Source: Polyangiaceae bacterium (lineage in GTDB: Bacteria; Myxococcota_A; Polyangia; Polyangiales; Polyangiaceae). Taken from it: a DNA stretch of 64,000 nt. Positions 56,812-64,000 of the stretch are shown in pieces (within the stretch, counting starts at the first letter, position 1; each line of letters opens with the position of its first letter). A model generated the notes under the pieces. The model saw nothing but the letters and a program-made list of their open reading frames with translations. It made no database searches and was not told the DNA's origin. The DNA is taken from positions 22,727 through 86,726 of the forward strand of contig JBGANF010000017.1 of the NCBI GenBank assembly GCA_044222475.1, given 5' to 3'. The translations under genes and the position numbers were made by a program.

Positions 56812-59800
56812 GTCGCTTTGCTCCGCAGTCCGAGTCTGAGCATGCGCTTCTTCAAGCCATGCCGAGTGAGACCGAGGCGCTCCGCCGCTCGGCTGATGTT
56901 GCCACCGGTCGCCTCGAGCGCAAGGCGCACCTCTTCTTTGGGGTCGGCCGCGGACGCTGCCTCCGCCTCGGGGATGGCGCGAGGCACCTCGCTGACTCGC
57001 CCGCGAGCGCCGCGGATCTCGCGCGGCAGGTGCGCGAGCTCGATGCGTGGAGTGCGCAACGCGAGGAGCCGCTGCGCCTGGTGGGTGAGCTCGCGCACGT
57101 TTCCAGGCCACGAATAGCTGCATAGTGCATCCATTGCGCTGGGCGCGATCTCGACGTTCGGGAGATGGTGCCGCAAGAGGAGCGGGATGTCCTCTCGTCG
57201 CTCGCGCAACGCGGGAACGCGCACCTCGAGGACGCACAAGCGGTAGAGGAGATCGCGACGGAACGCGCCGCGCTCGACCTCGGCGGTCAGGTCGCGGTTC
57301 GTGGCGGAGACGATGCGGACGTCGAACGGACGCTCGTCGTCGCTTCCGACCGGGCGATACCGTTTGGTCTCGAGCGCGCGCAGCAGCGTCGCTTGGCGCA
57401 TCGGCGCGAGCTCGCCGATCTCGTCGAGGAACAGCGTCCCGCCTTCGGCGCGGGCGATCAACCCGCGACGCTCGCGATCCGCGCCGGTGAACGAGCCGCG
57501 CGCGTGTCCGAAGAGCTCGGCCTCGAAGAGCGTGTCGGGGATGGCGGCGCAGTTCACCGCGACGAAGGGCCCGCGAGCGCGCGCGCCGAGATCGTGGAGA
57601 GCGCGCGCGAAGAGCTCCTTGCCCACGCCGGTCTCGCCCAGGACGAGCACCGGGAGATCGCTGTCGATCGCGGAGTCGAGTCGAGCGAGCGCGCGCTTGA
57701 GCGCCACCGACAGCCCGATGATCCCGGGGAACGCACGTCGCGGCTCGATGAAGGGCATCGCAGTCGACGCGGGCACCGACGAGGCGAGCGCCGGTGACGA
57801 CGTGGCGGCGCGCGACCCGCTGGGAGCCGCCGCGAGCCCGCGCGCCACGATCGTGAGGAGCGCCGCCCACGCGAGGACGCGCGCCTCGGCGATGTCGTCG
57901 AAGTGGGACGGCGAGAATCGGTGCTCGAGGACGAGCGCGGTCGCGTCCGGCACGTCGGGTCGTGCGACCACGTGCGAGCCGCGTCCCCCGCGAGTCTCCG
58001 CCTCGCGCGTGTAGCGCACGCCGGTCGCGACTGGTCCAGCGGGGATGGGGACGCGCTGCTCGGCATCGGCGATGGCGAGACCGTCGAGATCGACGCCGAT
58101 CACCCGGGCCCGCGAGTCGCCCACGATCGCGAAGGCGCGCTCGGCCTTCGTCACGCGGAGGACCTCGCGGAGGAGCGCGGCGATCGCAGCGTCGACGTCG
58201 CGCTCGGCGGCGCACGCGAGGATCATCGGCTCGATGTCGCTCGGGACGGTGGGGGCCCCCTTCACCACGTGAACGGTGCGACGATCGCGAGCCCGGCGCA
58301 AGGTCTCTCGCGCGACCGCCTCGATCTCGCCGAGCTTGCCTTCACGCGCGCGGCGAATCGCTGCCAAGGCGGCTCGGGCCGCCGCGGTGCGATCGGCGGG
58401 GAGGATCGCGAGGAGGGCCTCCGCGCGGATCGCGTGAGCGCGCGCGTCGACCAGCGGGTCCGACTTGCGGAGCGCTTCGTCGATGCCGGCGATCGCCTCG
58501 AGGCCGTCGCGGCCGCGCCCGCGTGCGACCGCAATCTTCGCCACGATCAGCGCGAGATCGGCCCGCACCGGCGGCGTCATCGCATCGGCGAGCGCGGTGG
58601 CCTCGGATCGATGGACGTCGGCATCGTCCACGTCGCCGGCGCGCAGGGCGAGGTCGGCGCGAGCGACGAGGCACCACGCGAGGCCGCCGCGCTGACCGAG
58701 CGAGCGCGCCAACCGAATCGCCTCGTCGAGATCGCGAGCGGCGGCCGCGAAGCTCCCCGCGCGGGTCCGCGCGATGCCCAGGTTGAGCAGCACCGACCGC
58801 ACGCCGGCCATGTCGCCGAGGGCGCGCTTCTGTACGAGCGATCGCGCGAAGCTCTGCTCGGCGCGGGCCGTCTCTTCCTTGTAGAGTGCAACGACCCCGA
58901 GGTTGTGATCGAGCCGCGCGAGCTCCTCGCCGTCGACCGCCGTCATGCCGCGGAGCGCGGCGCGCGCTTCGACGTAGTCGGCCAGAGCGCGCTCCCACTG
59001 GGCCGAGAACAGCGCCACCGTGCCCCGCGTCGCGAGCGCCAGAGCGCGCGCGACGGGGTCGGGCGCGGCGGCGAGCGCTCGCTCGGCCAAGTCACGCGCC
59101 TCGTCGTGAGCTCCTTTGCGGGCAGCCCGCTCGGCGCTGCGGCGGAGGAAGATGCACGAGAGCTCGTCGCCCCCCTCGTTCGCCATGCTGGCGAGCCACT
59201 GGAAGACCCGGTCCTGGGCTTCGGCGTTCGCCGTGTCGCGGGTGAGCCGCTCGAGGCGCAGCAATCGCTCGGGCGTGCGCTCGCTCGGATCGACGAGGAG
59301 CTCGAGCCACGCGGCGGTCTCGGCGATCGGGAGACCCTCGTCGCGGGCGGCCTTGGCGGCGGCAGCGAGGAGGTCGCTACGACGCGACGCGGGGTAGGGC
59401 GAGGCTGCGATCCGCGCGAGCTCGGTCGACGTGCCGAGGCCCTTCGCCAGCAGCGCCTCTGCGATCGCGTCGACGATGGAGCAGCTCCCGAGCGCCCGCG
59501 CGAGATCGTCGGCGAGCGCGCGTTGCGTCAGCACGTGGTCGGCGTCGTGACGGGAGAGGAGCCCCTGCTCGATCAGCACCGCGAGATCGCCGGCGTCGAT
59601 GCCGCAACGCTCGCGGATGGGGTCGCGCACCACCCCGCCGAGGAGCGCGATCATCGCAAGGGCACGCACTGCGCGCGGGGCGAGCGATCGCGTTCGTGCG
59701 ACGGCGAGCTCGGCGGTGAGCGGAACGCGACCCGCGGTCGCCGCGACCCACGCCGGGAGCCCGCGCGACGCTTGCCACGCCGCCTCGACGTCGTCGACGT

Positions 59801-60934
59801 GGAGCGCGGCGCACAGCGCGGCGAAGTCGTCGCGCTCGAGCGGCTGCAGAGCGTGGGCGGGGGCACCGGGCGGCGCTTCGCGACCGACGGCGAGCACACG
59901 CACGGCGCCGCCGCTGCGACAGCGGTACGCTTCGATCGCCTGCGTGACCTCGCGCGGGGCGCTCTCGAGATCGTCGAACACGAGCCAGGTGGCCGCGTTG
60001 GGCGCGGCCGAGAACGGCCACGCCGCGTCGGTACCACGAAGGTACGAGAGCAGCGGCGCGAGCTTGCGATCGCCGCCGTCCGGAAATCGGAACACGCGCA
60101 CCGTGGATCCAGCGCGGAGCGCTTCGATCGCGAGCTCGTCGGCGAGGAAGCTCTTGCCGACGCCCGGCGGACCGACGAGCCAGCGCACCTCGGGGCCATC
60201 GCCGAGCAGCGCCGCGAGGTCGCGTGCGCGCCCGACCGGCGCCGGGCGTGCGCCGCGGAGCGCGTCGGGACCGACGCTCTTCCCGAGCGACTCGAGCGCG
60301 TCGCGCGCGCTCTCGGGTCGATCGCTCGGATGCGGCGCGACGAGGCGATCGAGGAGATCGGCCACGCTCGCGCGCAGGAACGGCGCGATCGATCGCAGCG
60401 GTCTCGCCGTGGGCGCCGATCCGGTGATGGCGTCGATGAACGTCGCGCCGAGCGACCACAGGTCGGATCGCGCCGACGTCGGTGCGCCGCCGCGCAGCTC
60501 GGGCGCTTGGAAGCCCTCGGTGTATCCCTGCGCGCGCGCGCCCCGCACCACGGCGGCGCCGAGGTCGAGCAGCACCGCGTTTCCGTCGCGACCGATCCTC
60601 ACGTGCGCGGGTTTGAGGTCACCGTGCACGAAGCCGGCTTCGTGAAGGGCCGCCAGCGTCTCGAGCACGTCCGCGAGCGCGGCGGCGACGAAGCGGTCGC
60701 GGCGTTCGTCTTCTCGTCGAATCCGAAGTCCCAGGCGCGAGCGAGGCCGCGAATGCGCTGGCGGCTCAGCAGCGCGAACTCTGCAGCGAGGGTCTCCCGG
60801 TCGAACTTCCCGGCGGTCCACACCTTCGCGACGAGCGCGGCGTCGGGCGTCTCGCGGTCGACGACCCGCACGACGGCCCCCTGCGCGCCCTGCCCGAGGA
60901 GCTCGCGCGACTCGTACCGGGGATGGACGAGCAT
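56808..60934 (-). pseudogene. Ser/Thr kinase-AAA-TPR-(GAF-like)-sigma54 activator-HTH fusion, frameshifted near 60703
   Basis: Kinase N-lobe (LGQGAQGAV, VAK, EF) lies in the frame of 60934; HGDLKPAH/DLG/APE, GPPGVGKS, TPRs, GETGVGKE, GSFTGA and HTH lie in the frame of the 56808 ORF. Could be an assembly error. Confidence 0.75.
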
Positions 60935-60944
60935 GGAAGGTGAA

Positions 60945-61031
60945 GTTACCACGGCTACCGCTTACCAGCACGAGCCGTACCACCGTGTGATTACGCATAC
61001 TTGCGTAATCTGGTTACCAGAGGGTTACCAG
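60945..61031. promoter_or_regulatory. AT-richer regulatory region with palindrome and repeated (G)GTTACCA boxes
   Basis: GATTACGCA-tact-TGCGTAATC at 60989-61010; GTTACCA 60945, CTTACCA 60961, GGTTACCAG 61012 and 61023. Confidence 0.5.
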
Positions 61032-61184
61032 TGGGTCTTCGGCTCGGCGGCTCGGTTGAGCCAGACGAGCCCGTAGAGGATCGCCACGACGGCGAGGGTT
61101 TGGATGTCGTTCATGATGCGGGAGTCTGCCCTGCGCCTGTGCCCGCCCGGTTCGCGTTCGGTGAACTCTGTGTATCTTGCACGT

Positions 61185-61514
61185 TCAAGGCGCAGGCTTC
61201 TTGACCGTGTTCGCCTCGTAGAAGTCGGCGAGCGCGCACGACGTGATCCCGTTCTTCGACGCCTCGGTCCGGAGGAGCTTCGCTCGGTCGTCGGGCGACA
61301 CGGCGGCCAACCCGGAGAAGGTGGCCCGTCCTTCCGAGGTCTGGAGGTGGTCGTCGATGTACGTCGCCATCGCCACCGCCTGCTCCGAAGGGGGAACCCC
61401 AGGCGGGATGGTCGCCTTCGATGGCGCGTCACACATGGTCTGAAGGTCCTTCTTGTAACTCCCGCAGCCGGTGAGGGCGACGACGGCGAGCGCGACGAGG
61501 ACGCGATGCTTCAT
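61185..61514 (-). CDS. Small lipoprotein
   Basis: MKHRVLVALAVVALTGC lipobox. Confidence 0.75.
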   Translation of the reverse strand: MKHRVLVALAVVALTGCGSYKKDLQTMCDAPSKATIPPGVPPSEQAVAMATYIDDHLQTSEGRATFSGLAAVSPDDRAKLLRTEASKNGITSCALADFYEANTVKKPAP

Positions 61515-61682
61515 GCCCGCGAGGATATCCGCTTTCGAGCGCGCGTCGTACGCACCTTGGGTGCGTCATCTCCCCTCGATGCATCGCGTTGGCTCGGCGC
61601 GGCGTGACTCGCGGCAACATCCCGTGGCCGCGCGATCATGGCGCGCGCGGATCGCGATCGACGATTCTCGGATCGCGCCCGA

Positions 61683-61698
61683 CGGAACGCCCGTTGCT
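61683..61698 (+). promoter_or_regulatory. Sigma-54 promoter candidate
   Basis: CGGAACG-CCCG-TTGCT with correct GG/GC spacing, 13 nt before ATG 61712. Confidence 0.5.
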
Positions 61699-61711
61699 CG
61701 ATGGACGAGTC

Positions 61712-62449
61712 ATGACCGCAATCCTTCGACGTGTGCGTCCACTTTTCTTCATCGTCTTTGCTTTCCTCGCGTTCGAGTCCATCGCCCTCGCGGACGAAGA
61801 ACCCGAGACCGAAAAAACCGAAAAGCCCAGCGAGCCCGATCGCTACGCCCCCCTCGATCGCCGGCGGGTGGCGGCGTGGGATCACTTCGAGGTCTCGATG
61901 GGGTTCCTCGCCGGGCAACGCACGTACACGCAGACGCCGTTCGCGATGACCAGCGGCGGCCTCGACGGCGCGAGCAGCCTCGTGACGCCGTTCCAGAGCA
62001 CGCCGTACGATCGCGTCAACGCGTTCGGTCTTCGGTGGGACGCGCGGCTCGTCGTGAGCTACGTGCGCATGACGGTCGGCTACGACCAACCGTTCATGTC
62101 GCTGCGCTTGGGCGACGGTGCGTCCACGATGTCGGTCGGCGGAGTCAATCGCGACGTCCAGGTGCGAGGGATCCGCTCGCACGATCTCCGCTTCGGCATC
62201 GGCGGCGAGTACCCGATCGGGCCGATCGCGCCGTTCGTCGACATCATCGGGTCGGTGCACTGGGTCGACACGACGCTCGCGATCGACGGCGCGTCACACG
62301 ACTACGCCGCGACGACCTTCGGCTTCGCCGCGCGCGGCGGTTTCCGCCTGCACGTGCGCAAATGGTTCTTCGCGAGCGCCTCGGGAGAGGTCGGGCTCGT
62401 CGGCGACGAGCGCTGGGGTGCGGAGCTCGCGGTGGGCTTCTCGATCTAA
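61712..62449 (+). CDS. Probable outer-membrane beta-barrel protein
   Basis: Signal peptide ..ESIALA; amphipathic strands; C-terminal ELAVGFSI. Confidence 0.75.
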   Translation: MTAILRRVRPLFFIVFAFLAFESIALADEEPETEKTEKPSEPDRYAPLDRRRVAAWDHFEVSMGFLAGQRTYTQTPFAMTSGGLDGASSLVTPFQSTPYDRVNAFGLRWDARLVVSYVRMTVGYDQPFMSLRLGDGASTMSVGGVNRDVQVRGIRSHDLRFGIGGEYPIGPIAPFVDIIGSVHWVDTTLAIDGASHDYAATTFGFAARGGFRLHVRKWFFASASGEVGLVGDERWGAELAVGFSI

Positions 62450-62510
62450 TCGAACGAGCGACCCGTTTGGGTGTCGCCTTGGCGGCCGCTTCGCTAGACT
62501 TTGCAGACTC

Positions 62511-64000
62511 GTGAAGCGGTTTTGGCTCGCATGGCTGATCATCTCGTGCATCGCGATGCATGCCCGAGCCGCGACCGCCATCGAGTCGCCTACGATCGGG
62601 TGGGAGGTCGTCGATGATGGCGCCCCCACGTCCGGTGCGCCGGCCGCTTTTGACGAGGCGCGCGGACAGACCGTCGTGGTCAATGAGGAAGAGACGTGGC
62701 TGTGGAACGGGTCAAAGTGGGTTGCTGGCCACCCGACCCTCTATCCCGTCAACGTGACGAGTTTGGCGTACGATCGCAGTCGTCAACGCATCGTCGGCGT
62801 TTCTCTTGGTTCGAGCATTCTCGAGACGTGGGAGTGGGACGGAACCACGTGGTCGAAGCGCGCGCTGACGGCGCCACGCGGGACCCTCGTCTACGACGGG
62901 AACCTCGGCAAGGTCATCGCCATCGTTCCCGGATTCGTCGAGAGCGAGGTCTGGGCGTGGAGCGGCTCGACCTGGGCGCCGGTCGTCGCTGCCCATCGAC
63001 CGCCGGTGATGAAGGGCGGGTGCATCGGGTATGACGATGTTCGCAAACGTGTCGTCGCGTTCGGCGCGTTCGGCGCCTTCGCGTACGACGGCAACGATCT
63101 TTGGGAGTGGGACGGCACCGACTGGACCCAAGCGAGCCCGAGTACCGCGCCTCCGGCGAGGAGCTCGTGTGCATTGGGCTTCGACGGTCAGGGCCTGCTC
63201 CTTTATGGAGGAGCTGCCAAGTCGACGTGTTGCACGAACGACGCGTGGCGTTGGAACGGCGTTGCCTGGACGTCCCTTAGCCCCTCGCTCTTTGCCGAGT
63301 TTCGCGTCGCTACCCCCGTTTATGACTCCGTGCGGTCGCGTCTTGTCTTTCTCGGACGGTCAGGGATTTCGTCATCCGGGCCGCTCGGCGTGCTCGAGTT
63401 CGATGGGGCGACTTGGGTGGAGAAGACGGTGAACGATCACCCGCAGCCGGCGCCATTTGCCATGGTTGCCGATCAAGCGGGTGGCGGCGTGCTCCTCGTC
63501 GCGCCGTGGATACGTGGAACCTGGCGTCGCAACGCTGGCTCCTGGATGGCAATCCCAACCGCACATTTCCCGTCGAGCTCGACGGTCTTTTGGCGTCTGG
63601 CGTACGACCGCACGCGTTCCCGCGTCGTCGCCGTTCTCGACAATCCACCCGCCACGTGGGAGTTCGACGGAGGTGATTGGATCGAAACCGGCGCGCCGAC
63701 TCCCACCATGGGGATCGCGGCGATCGCCTACGACTCCAAGCGTTCGCGCACAGTTGCCATCAACAACACACAGGAAACCTGGGAGTGGGACGGCACGGCG
63801 TGGTCGAAGCGCGAAGGGCCGAACCCCAACCTTCTGCTGCCAGGCGGGATCGCCTACGACGAGGCCGACGGCGTGACGGTGTACGTGCCCACTCAAGCCA
63901 TCAACCCGGAGACGTGGGTTTGGGACGGACTGGTGTGGACGAAGAAACAAGCCAAGCTGCCATCGGGCTTGGACACGCGCCTCCTTCTCTACGACCCTGT
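62511..64000 (+). CDS. Secreted Kelch-like beta-propeller repeat protein (runs off window end)
   Basis: Manual translation from GTG 62511: signal peptide, then repeats of AYD..R.R.V....TWEWDG..W; frame spot-checked as open at several points to 64000. Confidence 0.8.
   Translation, partial: MKRFWLAWLIISCIAMHARAATAIESPTIGWEVVDDGAPTSGAPAAFDEARGQTVVVNEEETWLWNGSKWVAGHPTLYPVNVTSLAYDRSRQRIVGVSLGSSILETWEWDGTTWSKRALTAPRGTLVYDGNLGKVIAIVPGFVESEVWAWSGSTWAPVVAAHRPPVMKGGCIGYDDVRKRVVAFGAFGAFAYDGNDLWEWDGTDWTQASPSTAPPARSSCALGFDGQGLLLYGGAAKSTCCTNDAWRWNGVAWTSLSPSLFAEFRVATPVYDSVRSRLVFLGRSGISSSGPLGVLEFDGATWVEKTVNDHPQPAPFAMVADQAGGGVLLVAPWIRGTWRRNAGSWMAIPTAHFPSSSTVFWRLAYDRTRSRVVAVLDNPPATWEFDGGDWIETGAPTPTMGIAAIAYDSKRSRTVAINNTQETWEWDGTAWSKREGPNPNLLLPGGIAYDEADGVTVYVPTQAINPETWVWDGLVWTKKQAKLPSGLDTRLLLYDP

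Noticed and set aside
60690..60720. Programmed -1 ribosomal frameshift
   Set aside because: No slippery heptamer, and a conserved kinase segment is missing, so a frameshift alone would not restore the domain.
222..61076. Many long Arg/Ala/Gly-rich ORFs in the track (e.g. 1061-3487, 28457-31015, 48729-50885, 57903-61076) and long 5' extensions of real genes
   Set aside because: Shadow frames of GC-rich genes: they have no motifs and overlap well-supported CDSs. Starts were trimmed to motif-consistent positions.
61639..61655. TGGCGCG as a sigma-54 -24 box
   Set aside because: No TTGC at the required spacing.

Overview
High-GC bacterial chromosomal window. Gene content (many Asp/Ala/Gly-linker lipoproteins, Ser/Thr kinase-ATPase-TPR proteins, sigma-54 activators, FHA and PEGA proteins) suggests Myxococcota, probably Polyangiaceae-like; this is inference only. 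About 60 real CDSs are present, and most long ORFs in the supplied track are GC-rich shadow frames. Housekeeping genes include prmC, a phosphomannomutase, a cyclophilin, aat, rseP, nudC, aspS, dinB, purB and fadI/fadJ. There is a likely amine gamma-glutamylation/polyamine cluster. The most unusual part is 35.96-39.8 kb, downstream of aspS: a ~250-nt highly base-paired candidate ncRNA, two further long hairpins, a (TTCCGC)n tract and a REP-associated tyrosine (HUH/Y1) transposase-like gene. These are followed by two tandem ExbD-like genes that share a ~90%-identical 212-bp promoter/5' block but have divergent bodies. Also noted: a kinase-ATPase-TPR-sigma54 activator gene broken by an apparent deletion/frameshift, many apparently leaderless genes (TANNNT 6-7 nt before the start codon), two sigma-54 promoter candidates and a TetR operator palindrome. 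No rRNA, tRNA or CRISPR array was recognised. All calls come from reading the sequence; no searches were run.
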